A DNA stretch of 64,000 nt from the human T2T-CHM13v2.0 reference genome, Homo sapiens: the NCBI RefSeq assembly GCF_009914755.1, contig NC_060927.1, one strand, 5' to 3'. The notes under the pieces were generated by a model. The model saw only the letters and a program-made list of their open reading frames with translations, did no database searches and was not told where the DNA came from. Shown piece after piece: positions 46,429-60,650 of this stretch (the stretch's first letter is position 1; every line of letters begins with the position of its first letter). The translations under genes were made by a program, and so were the position numbers.

Positions 46429-46465
<37 letters not shown>
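46429..46465. repeat. (AT)n microsatellite, ~18 units
   Basis: Directly visible perfect AT run. Confidence 0.95.
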
Positions 46466-46468
<3 letters not shown>

Positions 46469-49400
46469 TGTATATAGACACACACAGAGGAGGTAATATT
46501 AAAACAACATATAAAGTTATGTATTACTCATGGATGTGTATATATATATTCAAAATATTAAAATCCAGACTGAAAAAAATGAACACCTTGTTTAATTCAT
46601 GATAGTAGGAAGGAAACAAGTGCTAAGGACAGGATACAGAGGACAGCTTTAACTGTAATGCTTTATTTCTTTTATACATAAAAAGGAATTGAAGCAAATA
46701 CGATAAAACAGTAGTTGGTAGATTAAATTATTATTCTTATTTCTTTTCACCCTCCCTTGTCAATTTGGGTGGTAGGCACATGTGTGTTTATGTAATTCTT
46801 ATTATATTTGTGAATTAAAAATACAACTCTCAAAGTAACATAAAATCCTTATAAAGTGGTCTGATTCTGGAGCCCACACTTACAGCCACTAATCTAATCT
46901 GCCTTTTAAAATTTTATAAGCATGGTCGCTTTCTTGTCTTTTTCTTCAACTATGCTAATCTTAGGAAGGCTGCTTCCATAAGGCATTTTCTGACATTCTA
47001 AATGCTCATAGATGTAATTTCAATGCAGTTACATTTATTATCTACTTTTTTCTCTTCAATTCTTCTCTATCTCAGTAAATACACCAGATTCTTAAATCAA
47101 GAAATAAAAATCATCTGTGATTCTTTTCTTTACCTCTCTTCTTACATCCAATCCATCGCCATATTGGCTTGCCACAAAATACAGCTCAACTCTGTACATT
47201 TCTCCATCGGCACTGCTGCCATCCTACTCAATGCCACCATCTTTTCTTCCCTGCATTACACTAGTCATTATATCCATTTCAAGCAAAAGGGATTTTAAAA
47301 CAGGAAATTGATTAGGAAATTATTAAATGTCCAGACTAATGAAAACGTAAAAGTGCTGTTTTTCAGAGACAGTAACTGCAGGAAAACACTACTGACCTTA
47401 GGGCTGGAGAAGCATAAAGGAAGAAATCTATGATAACCCAGGAGCTAACATTCTACTGACACTCCTGGAAACTGTTGGTGATGCTGGTGTAACCACTGCA
47501 TGCAAGACTTAAAGAACCGCCACAGTGTAGATCAGAAGCTTGGGAGTCTCCGCTCCCTCAGACTCCCATACCAGAAGCAGGAAAAACAAAATGAAACAGC
47601 TTCCACATGTTTTTGCCTTTTAATCCTTGTAAGTGCCTCTCATTGGCAGATCCAACTGGGATCCAGCTGGCACAAGGGTCTGTGGAACGTGCATACGTGT
47701 TCCCAGCTCTAACATTATGAGAGAGGAGGTAGGAGGTGGGTATGGGAGTGTGTCCATACAGACCATGGCTGACACAGTCTTGAAAATGATTTTTCTATGA
47801 AAGCATAAATGAGTAAACATACCTAACTCTTACATCTGCATGTATCAAAATACATTGAGATTTTTCTCTGAAACTATGTAGCTAATTTAACCATAATATA
47901 TAATAAAATAACATGAAATGGCTTTAGTGTAACTGTTCCATGCTAATTTATAATCAACAGGGTGATTAGCTTGAGTCCAGAGCTAAGACAGCGAAAGCAT
48001 GTAGACATATAGCATTACATTTTTAAAAGGAGGTCTATATAAGGTGATATCAGAACAGATAATAAAAATAATAAAATCTTGTAGAAGCCAAGAAAGGTTT
48101 CTCAAAGGAGAAAATATTTGAGTTGTGTCTGAAGAGTAAATAGAAATACTTCAGGAGGAAAAGGAGAATGATGGCATCCCAGAAAAAGGGAACTGATTAT
48201 CCAAGTCACACAGGATAAAGGACAGGACATTCCCTTAGTTTTCTGCTTCAAAGTTTCTGTTTCTTTTTCTCAGCCTCAGCAAAGACTGGAATTTTTACAT
48301 TATGGTTTTTGTGAAAAGAACAACTTCCAGACTGCTTATCTTTTAATTTAGACATCACGTGATATTATAAAATGTTTAACGTGACTAACTTGGAAATAAA
48401 ATAAATTGAACAGATTTTTATCATAATACGGAAGTCATAGCATTCGTAGTTTCCCATCATTTTTGGTGTAAAATTCACATGCCTTAGGATGATTTCTAAG
48501 ACCTTTCCTGGCTGACTCCCACTCTTCCCTTTCCTTCTCAGTGCTTACCTGTTTTCCAACCCACATTTTATACTACAGCCTAATTGAAGAGCCCACGTTT
48601 TTCTGTATGTGCCATGCTTTCTCAAGTTTCAGTACCTTTGTGACTGCTTTCACTCTTTCAATGGACCCACCCTCCATTATGTATATACCATGGGTATCTA
48701 TTTTTTCTAAAATAAATCTTATTAATAAAGACATTTCAAACTTTCTGTGGAAAATTATTCAAACCTGCCTCATAGTACATTATATTGTCACATGCGGTTC
48801 TTATATTTCCTGGGATTTGATGAGTTAATTCTTTGTTGAGTCTCTAAGCCACCCTAAATTATGTCTGTAATTTTGTCTTTGATTAAGCTACATAGGCTTG
48901 GTTTCTCTTATTCCCAAAAGAAAAAAAAAAAAGAGAAGAAAAAGTTAAAAAAAAATCCCACCAGATTTCTGGAAAAAATAGATACAAGTCCAGATAAAAA
49001 ATTATGCAAATTAACACTGTATTGCTAACTGGGGCGTCAGCCCCAAGTCCTTTTTTTATTTGAGCATGTTGGCTAGACATGGAAAAAAAATCTTCAGTTT
49101 ACATTGTTTGGCCTGAATACCTTAGGAGACTGAAAGTACTGCTCTGCCTATTTAACATGAAAACCCAAAGTCATAGACAATTTGAGCCCTTCCTTGTTTG
49201 CTTCAAATCTGTGGTAATCACTTTCATCCTTTCTTCTTTATTCTCAGCAGATCATTTCATTTCTTCCTTCTCCAAACATAGAAACTTAACTGTATTTCCA
49301 TGTAAAGTATCTTCCTTTCTTCCTAAAATGTTAGATAAGTCTTGCATATTCAATTCCATTTAAGAAAAGAGAACATCATGAACAACAAGAACAATAAAAT

Positions 49401-51419
49401 CAATAGCCTATCTCAATTCTACTTCCACATATAGGTACTTACTTGCCTTTTTCCTCTCACTCATAATTAAACTTTTTTCAGACTTGCTAAATGTCATTAT
49501 GCTTTTTCCTTCATCTCCTGCTAATGCTCCATTCCTGGATAATCGGGTTGGAATTCTCAATATTTTACTCAACAAAGATTTAGATAAGTGCAATATAACC
49601 TTTCTCAGCAAGGTTAACTATAACTTATTGTACAAATTAGGACACTTTCCTAAAGGTAAAAGTATGCATTATTAATAATTATTCTGGAAAATCAGAAGTT
49701 GGGAATATCATGGATCAGGACATATGATCACCTTTTTATCTCCAAGGCACTATGTGTAATGAATGTGTTTAAATTCTCATCTTGCATGACTCTAGTGATA
49801 TTAAAGTCTTTTGACATTTCTACTTCCTTAAAATATTTACCCCATGGCTTTCAATAAGTAGCATTTATTAGCCTAGTTTTTCTCATTTAGGGTGGGTGCT
49901 GATGGAATTGTCATAGTGTTGAAAGGTAAAGGGTGAAACAGCTTACTATGACCTGTATGGCTCATTGACATTGGGAGAAGACACTACTCAAAGCTTCTCC
50001 ACAGGGAGGGAAGAAGAGGAGTAGAGTTTGCCTCATAGGTCACAATCCATGGCATAATAATCAGACACCAGAAGGAATTGATTACAGGCTCCTAAAAATA
50101 AAAGAAATTTTTTAAAAAAGTAAAAGAAACCTATCTAATTAAAAATCTATCTAGTTAGAAATCTCCAAGCATAAAATTTACAGAAGACATGTCCAGAGGA
50201 AAACTCTGAGTGGATCCCAAAATCTCCATCTGGGAAGATTAGTGAAGGATTTTTTTCCTGTTTAATCGAGTCCATAAAGGTTGGGGAGATAGCCATTTCT
50301 TCAAATGTATAGATACCAATGCAACGAACAAGGAACAAGAAGAGTCAGGGAAATATGACCCAAAGGAATAACATAAATTTTGAGTAATAGACCCTAAAGA
50401 AATGGAGATCTATGAAATATATAACAAGGAATTCAAAATAATTGTTTTAAAGAAGCTCAGTGGATTATAAGAAAACACAGCTAGAGAAACAAAACCAGGA
50501 AAATGATACATGAACAAAATGAGAATATCAGAAAAGGAATAAAACATATTAAAAAAAGAACGAAATGGAAATTCTAGAAGTGAAGAATACAGTAACTGAA
50601 AAGAAAATTCATTAGAGGGGTTCAATAGCAGACCTAATGACAAAAACTGCTCATTTGGGCAGTGTGATAAAAGTCTGGGATGTTGGAGGCATACTATACC
50701 CTTCTTCCTTCCTCCCAGGATAGAAGCCACAGGTTCTGCACCTTCTTGCCCATCTAACAGATATGTGCTGGCTCCATCAAATCTTTTGCTCCTTTCCTTT
50801 GTTCTTAGCTGCCACCTAAATATCCAAACTATGCCAGTGACTTCTGTGCACTATGTGAGGTGAGACAGAAACCAGTCTTTTGGGCAGCATCCTGATAGGA
50901 TGAGTGTGTTGAATATGCACTCCACACTCTCTTCCCCTTCACCACAAGGATAAAGTTAGGGGCCAAAGAAATCTCTCTCCACACTGCGCTATACCACCTT
51001 GGGGGAGGGCCTGACACAGTTAAAGTAAAATTGTCCTTCTTATATATTTGTATATGGATGTTCTCCATTTTGTGCTCTTCTGGGGTACTGCAACTTCTTA
51101 ACTAGATTCTGGACTTGTTATAAAGGTGTTTTGGTCTGTATATCATTGTTAAATCATGTTGCTTTAGGGAAATGAAGACTGGGACTTTCTATTCCACCAT
51201 GTAGCTGACATCACTCCCAAATTTGTTTAATATTTAAAAAGAATTAATCATTCAATATAGTTTATTATATTAACAGAACAGAAATGAAAAATGTTATACC
51301 TATATATCTCATGCCTTACACAAAAATTAACTTAATGGATCATAAACTCAAATATAAGAGCAGTAACTATAAAACATATAGAAGAAAACACATTTAGAAA
51401 TATTTATAACCGTGGGTTA

Positions 51420-51825
<406 letters not shown>

Positions 51826-52033
51826 TTAAAACTTTGCTCTTCAAAAGACGTTTTTAAGAAAAAGAAAAGGCAAGACAGAAATAGGTAGAAACTATTTACA
51901 AAGCATAACTAGTAAAGTTACTGTATTTAGAATAAATTAACAAGTCGTACTTTCAATAAGACCCCTCAAAAATATAAGTTAAAAACATTGGGCAAAAAAT
52001 GTGAACAGATACTTCATTAAAGAAGTGTTATGA

Positions 52034-52404
<371 letters not shown>

Positions 52405-52808
52405 TTATGGAGCAACCAAAACTCTCACACATTGTTGGTGGGAAGGTCAGATGGTATAGCCACTCTGGAAAAAAATGTGACAGTTTCTTATAAATTTAAA
52501 CATACATACAATGTGACCCAACAATCCCACCCCAACCTTGTTACTAAAAATAAAAATTTATTCCTCAAGAAAGTGTGCACGTCATAATAATTTTTTTAAT
52601 AAACTAGACACAGACCAAATGTCCCTAAATGGTTTAAATGATAGAACACATTGTAGGATATCCATACAATGAGTTTCAGGCTTATCTCAGAGATATTCCA
52701 GGTTTAATTTCAGACCACCACAATAAAGCAAATATTGCAATAAAATGAGTTACACAAGTGTTGGGTTTCCCAGTGCATATAAAAAGTTATGTTTACACTA
52801 TGCTGTAG

Positions 52809-53178
<370 letters not shown>

Positions 53179-53884
53179 TAATAAAAGCTAATGATCACCT
53201 GAGCCTCCATGAAGTCATAATCTTTTTGTGGGTGAAGGGTCTTGTCTTGATGTTGATGGCTGCTGACTGATCACAGTGGTGGTTACTGAAGGTTGGGGTG
53301 GCTATGAAAATTTCTTAAAATAAGGAAACAATGAAGTTTTCCCATTGACCCTTCCTTTCATGGAAGATTTCTCTGCAGCATGCAATGCTGTTACATAGAT
53401 AGCATTTTACTCATAGTAGAACTTCTTTCAAAATTGGAGTCAATCTTCTCAAAACCTGCCACAGCTTTATGAACTAAGTTGCTGTAATATTCTAAATCTT
53501 TTGTTGACATTTCAATGACACAGCATCTTCACAAGAAGTAGATTGTATCTTAATATACCACATTTTTTGCTCATCCATAAAAAGCAATTCCTCATCTGTT
53601 TAAGTGTGATCATGATATTGCAACAATTCAGTCCCAACTTCAGGCTCCACTTCTAAATCTAGTTTTCTTTTTATTTCTACCACTTCTGTAGTTATTTCCT
53701 CCACTGAAGTCTTGAATCTCTCAAAGTCATTCATGAGGGTTCAAATCAACATATTCCAAACTCTTATTAATATTGATATTTTGACCTTCTCCAGTGAACC
53801 ATGAATATTGTTAATGGCGTCTAGAAAAGTGAATTCTTTCCAGAAGGCTTTCAACAGACTTTTCTCAGAGCTATCAGAAAAGTA

Positions 53885-54447
53885 TGTTGGAAACAAATTT
53901 TTGGTGACACAAAGAAGAATCAGCACTCCAGCAAAAAGCTTTCTCAGCAAGGCAAATTTACTTCTAGGGTGCGTCTCATGGATGGAACAATGGTGAGAGC
54001 ACTCCAGACAAGGGAGGGGAAGGGGTTCTTATCCCTAACGAAGCTAGTTCCTACAGCTGTGTCTTTCCCCTTTTGGCTAGGGTTGGACCACACAGTCTAA
54101 GCTAATTCTGATTGGCTATTTCAAAGAAGGCAGGGGTACAAGCCAAAGTGCCAGGGTGAGTAGTTTTGGCAGGAAGTATGGTTACAGAGCAGGTGACTAA
54201 GGATGACTAAGAACAGGTGATAGAGGCTGGGGAAGTTGTTTACTGAAACTAGGGGCAAGGAGGCATAAAGAATGAGGAAGTTAAACTTTAAAATGGAGAA
54301 CAAGGAACAGGGAAGCTGAACATACTGACATATTGGTTCTTTGAAGAGGAACTCAGAACTCATTGTACTTAACAATTTTCCCCCTCTTGAATTTTAAAGT
54401 AAATTAACAGACTAAAACCTTTGAAGAGGAATTTGCTGTATTCTACA
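53885..54447 (-). mobile_element. LTR10 (LTR10C-like, HERV-I group) solo LTR inserted in Tigger1
   Basis: Minus strand begins tgtagaatacagcaaattcctcttcaaagg...aatgagttctgagttcctcttcaaagaaccaatatgtcagtatgttcagc; TG..CA termini. Confidence 0.8.
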
Positions 54448-56080
54448 ATTAACTATCTATGGTGGCTATAGCCTCATGAGTAATAAAGCCTTAAATAATA
54501 TGACTTGAGAGTAGAAATTACTCCTTCATCTATGAGCTGCAGAATGGATGTTGTGTTAGCAGGCATGAAAACTTTAATCTCCTTCTACATTTCCATCAGA
54601 GCACTTGGGTGGCCAGTTGCATTATCAATGAGAAATAATACTTTGACTTTTTTTTTTTTTTCCTGAGCAGTATATCTCAATGGTTTGAATTTTTTTTTTT
54701 TTTTTTTCTGAGCAGTAGATCTCAACAGTGGGCTTAAAAGATTCAGTAAACTATTCTATAAGCAGATGTGCTGCCATCTAGGCTTAGCTTTTCCATTTAT
54801 AGAGCACAAGCAGAGTAGATCTGGCATAATTCTGAAGGGCCCTAGAATTCGATGAATGGTAAATGAGCATTGGTTTCGACTTCAAGTCACCAGTGCTTTA
54901 GTCCCTAAAAGGAGAGTTTGCCTCTCCTTTGGAACTTAGAAGCCAGGAATTAACTTCTCTCTAGCTGTGAACGTCCTAAATGACAACTTTTTGTAATAGA
55001 AGCCTATTTTGTTTACTTTGAAAATCTGTTGTTTAGTGCAGTCACCTTTGTCCGTGATCTTAGCTAGATTTTCTGCATAACTTGCTGAAGCTTCTACATC
55101 AGCACTTGCTGCTTCACCTTGCACTTGCATGTTATGAAGACGGCTTCTTTCCTTAACCCTCATGAACCAACCTCTGTGAGCTTAAGTCTTTTCTTCTGCA
55201 GCTTCATCACCTTTCTCAGCCTTCAGTGAATTAAACAGAGTTAGGGTCTTGCTCTGGATGAGGCTTTGGCTTAAGGAATGTGTGGCTTCTTTGCTCTTCT
55301 ATCCCTACCAATAAAAGTTTCTCTATATCAGCAATAAGGCTGTTTTGCTTCTTTATTATTTATCTGTTCACTCGAGTAGCATATTGAATTTCCTTCAAGA
55401 GCTTTTCCTTTGCATTCACAACTCGGATGTTTGGCACAAGAGGAGTAGTTTTCTACCTATCTTGGGTTTTGACATGTCTTCCTCATGAAGCTTATTTCTA
55501 GTTTTTGATGTAATGTAAGAGATGTGCTACTCTTCCTTTCACTGGAACACTTAGAGGCCATTGTAGGGTTATTAGTTGGTCTAATTTCAAAACTGTTGTG
55601 TCTTAGGGACTAGCAAGGCCCAAAAGGAGGGGGACAGATTGGGAAATGGCTGGTCAGTGGAACAGCCTGAATACGCACAACATTTAACATTGTCTCATAT
55701 GGACACAGGTGGTGGTACCCCAAAACAATTATAGTAGTAGCATTAAAGAGCACTGATCACAGATCACCATAACAGATGTAATAACAATTTAAAAGTTTGA
55801 AATATTGCAAGAATTACCAAAATGTTACAGAGATATGAAGTGAGCACATGCTGTTGGAAAAATAATATTGATATTCTTTTGTTGGTGCAAGGTTGCCATA
55901 AACCTTGAATTAGTTAAAATAGTGTGGTATTTGTGAAGTATAATAAAACAAAAAGCAAAAAAACAAGGCATGCCTGTCCTATCTAGGAATTAAAAGGAGC
56001 AAATTATTGATATATACATTAACAAGAACAAATGATAAAAGCATTATAGTAAGTGAAGTAAGCCATATTCAGAAATCTAA

Positions 56081-56560
56081 TGTTGGGAGACAATTTACAA
56101 CAGCATTTCCACACATTGTGACAGCTTTTACTGAAGATTCTCTTCCTAAGGTTTTTTATTATTCAAAGTCCTCAGAAGGAAGAGATAGTGGCTCCCTTCC
56201 TGCCAGAAAACAGATCTGTTTACTGACCTGTATAAGAAAGATATTTTCTCCCACTTGGGTCAAAGGTTGTGCAGTTTTACCAGTAGTCCAGTTAAAAGAT
56301 TGGAGGTATGCTAAACTCTGGGTTTACATAGACCCACTGGTGTGCAGCACCCTGCTGGGTCTGCCTTCACACCACCAGCATGTTTGATGGGACAAAGTGA
56401 ATGGATGAGAACATACACCTCATAATGCCGGCTGTGTTGTGTGTAATAAACTTTCAAATCCAACTGGGACACTCTCTTCTTATTGGTTAAATGTATGAGC
56501 CCGTGGCAAGTCAATCTAGCAGCTTCACCCACTGTGTTGATATTGCTTTGGAGCTGCTTG
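56081..56560 (+). mobile_element. ERVL-class LTR (MER74/MER76/MER54-like)
   Basis: Begins tgttgggagacaatt; contains agagatagtggctccc, gtttactgacctgtataa and gtaataaac; 3' boundary approximate. Confidence 0.55.
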
Positions 56561-57753
56561 ATAATTATATCATGTAAGATTGTATTTATGTGAAATTCTA
56601 GAAAAGTAAAGACTGTAGTGACAGAAGCCAATCAGAGTTTGCTAGCAGCTAGATATAGGGGTAAGGGTTTGATTGCAAAATGGGCAACGGGCAACTTTTG
56701 AAGTAATGTACACATTCTGTATCTTGACTGCGGGGGTGGCTACATAAGTATTTAGATTTGTCAAGTCTCATTAAATTATGCATTTAAAATTAGTGAATTT
56801 TATTATGTGTAGATTTATGTAATTTATGTAATTATGTAATTCGTACAATTTAATGCAGTTAATTAAAATATTTACAAAGAGTTTGAAAGAAAGAACAGAA
56901 AAGTGAGGGAAAATAAAAATAATAGAGGATATAATTTAGTATGAAGGATAGTCACTTTAAGGTCCCACTGATTTCCTAGCAAAGTGAAAAAAACAGTTGG
57001 TCATTGTAGACATGCTGAAAAAATTTTAAAGTACCAATTTAGATAATCCTAAAAGTTCAAGGAAGTAAAACAAACTAAAACACAATTTTTAAAAATCAAA
57101 TTTCAACAAGTTTCCAACAAATGAAGGAGCACTTAGCATCAAACCTCTCATCAATGACTTCTCAGTTTTAAGGGAAAATAGTTTTATCCTATGATTCTAT
57201 GTCTCATTAACTCTTAACGTATCCTATGCCACCCCATACATTTTGGCCTTACCTACATTTCTTTTTTTCTGTGTTCTAGTCTCACTGGCCTTCTATCATA
57301 ATCTTGAACTCTCCCAGCACCTTCCTGGCACCATGCTTTATACATACTATTCCCAATGCAGCGGATGCTCTTGCTCTATTTGCTATTTAGTTAATTTTTC
57401 AGAATGCAGTTAAATTTTCACCTTTTCATGAAATTGTGCCAGGATATATCAAATACCTCTATTGTTTGTTCTCATAGCAACATGTACTTTTCTGTCAGAA
57501 ATTACTTCAGTTACATTCTAATTTTACATTTTTTGTTGTGTAAGTGAGTCCCCTACTAGAATTTAGCTTTTGTGAATGAGTCATCAATTTCTTATTTTCT
57601 CACCATTTTCTCCCAAATGCCTCGTGTATCTTACACTAAGTAGGCATCCAATATTTATTTGTTCAGTGAATGAACAAAAGAAACAAAAACATGTAAGATA
57701 AACTTCTTAGAGCAGTCTGAGTTATTTTCCTGCCCCTATCTGGAAAAGGGAAA

Positions 57754-58154
57754 TGTCAGGCCTCTGAGCCCAAGCTAAGCCATCATATCCCCTGTAACCT
57801 GAATGTATACATCCAGATGGCCTGAAGTAACTGAAGAATCACAAAAGAAGTGAAAATGGCCTGTTCCTGCCTTAACCGATGACATTCCCTTGTGAAATTC
57901 CTTCTCCTGGCTTATCCTGCCTCAAAAGCTCCCCCACTGAACACCTTGTGTCCCCCGCCCCTGCCTGCCAGAGAACAACCCCCTTTGACTGTAATTTTCC
58001 ACTACCTACCCAAATCCTATAAAAAGGCCTCACCCCTATCTCCCTTCCCTGACTCTCTTTTCAGACTCAGCCTGCCTGTACCCAGGTGAAATAAACAGCC
58101 TTGTTGCTCACACAAAGCCTGTTTGGTGGTCTCTTCACACGGACACGCGTGAAA
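57754..58154 (+). mobile_element. LTR7 (HERV-H) solo LTR #1, 401 bp
   Basis: tgtcaggcctctgagcccaagc...ctcttcacacggacacgcgtgaaa; TATAAAA 58018; AATAAA 58090; TSD ggaaa/ggaag. Confidence 0.95.
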
Positions 58155-58953
58155 GGAAGAGAAAGGGAAGAACACACCTCTATGTGCTTGAACACTAAAG
58201 CCCGGAGAAAGCTCTATCTCACGTGGTCAGTAAAGTGCCAGTTAAACCAAACATTACAGTAGTTCTCCTCTTCATGGGAGAGGTGGAGGTGGTGAGAGGT
58301 GAAAGGCAAGAAAGAGGAGTGCCTGTGCTTCTTCCTGATCTTCACCAGTATCACTTTCATCCTTGGAGATGATTGCTTCTGCACCTTTTCCTTGGAAACC
58401 ACTTCATTTTCTACTTTAAGAAACTTGAGGAAAGCTCTTGTCTGGAAATATACTGTTCTTATTCTATTTATTGCTATAAATTTTCACCTTCTTCTAACCT
58501 GTTTCTACCATTTTAATGGGGTCTTAAAATGGTAAAGAGAAAAATGTTATGTTTAATGTTCCATCTTGAAATGGAAGAGCGCCATGAATTCTAAATTTCA
58601 ATCGTTATTTTGAATTTCTTTACAACGAAAATACCAGTTTCTACTGCAACTGACAGTGAATAAAAATGGTTTATTTTTCTTCATGCCTGACAATAAATAA
58701 TAAATTATGAAAGACATTTTATACAGATACAAAAATGCACAAAAAGTATAAGATTAGAAGAATAATATTATAAATAAGGAATTCTACAGAAAAGACCTCC
58801 TGTGCATAATTGTGGGATAACAAAGTCTGAAACAACATTAGAACTTGAGGAAAATAGGAAGGAAATAGATATGAAGCTATGAACTCTTTTTAGTTTTTGC
58901 TAAGCAAAGCAATTATTTGCAGGAAAAATACCTAACTCTCTCTCTCCCTCCCT

Positions 58954-59058
58954 TATATATATCATATATATATATGTTATATATATGATATATATATCTC
59001 ATATATGTATGAGAGAGATATATATATCTCTCTCATATATATACACATCTCTCATATA

Positions 59059-59093
<35 letters not shown>
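58954..59093. repeat. Interrupted (TA)n low-complexity tract
   Basis: Directly visible. Confidence 0.9.
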
Positions 59094-60217
59094 CTGCCTC
59101 AATGTTTTTTAACATGAAATTATTTAGATTATCTAAGACAAGCTGGTTAGGAGTTGTTTTGATTAGAATCAAAGTAAACATAAAACATATTGGCTCTATT
59201 TGCTTAGTGGGCGCAATTAAATTTATGATGTATATAACACCATCAGCTTATTTTGAAAGTAAAGTTCTCACTACCTTAGGTTACCGAGGGCCTCCTCTGC
59301 TAGTGATCCTGAAAATTTTAGCTCTTGTCATATTGGTTATAATTTATATGGAAATGTAGAATGCTAGGTAGTAAGTTAGATAACAAACTGAATCCAAAAA
59401 CACTGGAATAAAAGAGTAAAATGAATCAAAAATTCAACTGCCCAAGTAAAAGATATAATACCTATATTAGTATCCCTATATATACAAAATTTTGAATTAG
59501 TAGTGTTAGTTGATTTAATTTCTATAAAAGCAAATGTGATCTGACTGTCAAAATATGTTAATTTAATCTCATACTGTATTCATAGAAGTATAAAGCAGGG
59601 CAAAGGAGGTGATGGCCAACCTGTTTTTTACGATGGAGCAAATCAAATGTCTTATTCAGTACTGCACACCAATTTAAAAGAACACTGATAAACCAGACTT
59701 CCTCCAAAGGAACATGACCAGAATGTTGAAAAGTGAAGGAAACATATTTGTTTTCAGCTAATGGTAGAGATCTAAAAATACATTACAGCCTTTCAGATCT
59801 ATTTTGTGCTCCCAAAAATGAAACAAAGAAATATGTAACAAAACAAGTAAAAGTAAAAATTACTTAGGCTAGCGGAGGATCCCTGAGTGGGCCAGAAACC
59901 ACGCAAATTTCCAGAAACCCAGGAGTGCATAGAGAAGAGAAATGTCCTGGGCACATGACCCCCACTAAGGCTAACCAGAGATGGAGGAAAGCCAGGAGCA
60001 ACTGAGGGTGAAAATTGTGACCCAACACAGACCATCCAAATGGGGCAACATCTGCATATGACCACCTTTTTTCCATGAAGGTCCAGCTGGGTTATCAGCC
60101 CCCAAGTTTAAGCAGTAGGTGAAGTGAGTTCTTTCAGAGAGAGAGAGATTTATCTAGAAGACTGGGCATACCAGGGACACATGGGGAGTACCTGTGATCA
60201 GAAAACACAGTAGTCTG

Positions 60218-60650
60218 TGTCACACACGTCCCTGTGAAGAGAGCACCAAACAGGCTTTGTGTGAGCAATAAAGCTTTTTAATCACCTGGATGCAGGCGGG
60301 CTGAGTCCGAAAAGAGAGTCAGCGCGGAAGATAGGGGTGGGGCAGTTTTATAGGATTTGGGTGGGCAGTGGAAAATTACAGTCAAAGGGGGTTTTTCTCT
60401 TGCAGGCAGGGACGGGGGTCACAAGGTGCTCAGTGGGGGAGCTTCTGAGCCAGGAGAAGGAATTTCACAAGGTTAATTGCTCAGTTAAGATGGGACAGGA
60501 ACAAATCACAATGGTAGAATGCCATCAGTTAAGGCAGGAATCAGCCATTTTCACTTCTTTTGTGATTCTTCACTTGCTGCAGGCCATCTGGATGTATACA
60601 TGCAGGTCACAGGGGATATGATGGCTTAGCTTGGGCTCAGAGGCCTGACA
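60218..60650 (-). mobile_element. LTR7 (HERV-H) solo LTR #2, 433 bp
   Basis: Reverse complement of LTR7 (...cttgggctcagaggcctgaca); TSD gtctg/gtcta. Confidence 0.95.

Noticed and set aside
46429-46465. (AT)n tracts (also 58954-59093) as fragile cruciform elements
   Set aside because: Short or interrupted and of ordinary length; nothing in the sequence indicates instability.
54936-55163. Domesticated TIGD-like transposase gene
   Set aside because: Fragmentary Tigger1 ORF with a decayed catalytic motif, interrupted by an LTR.
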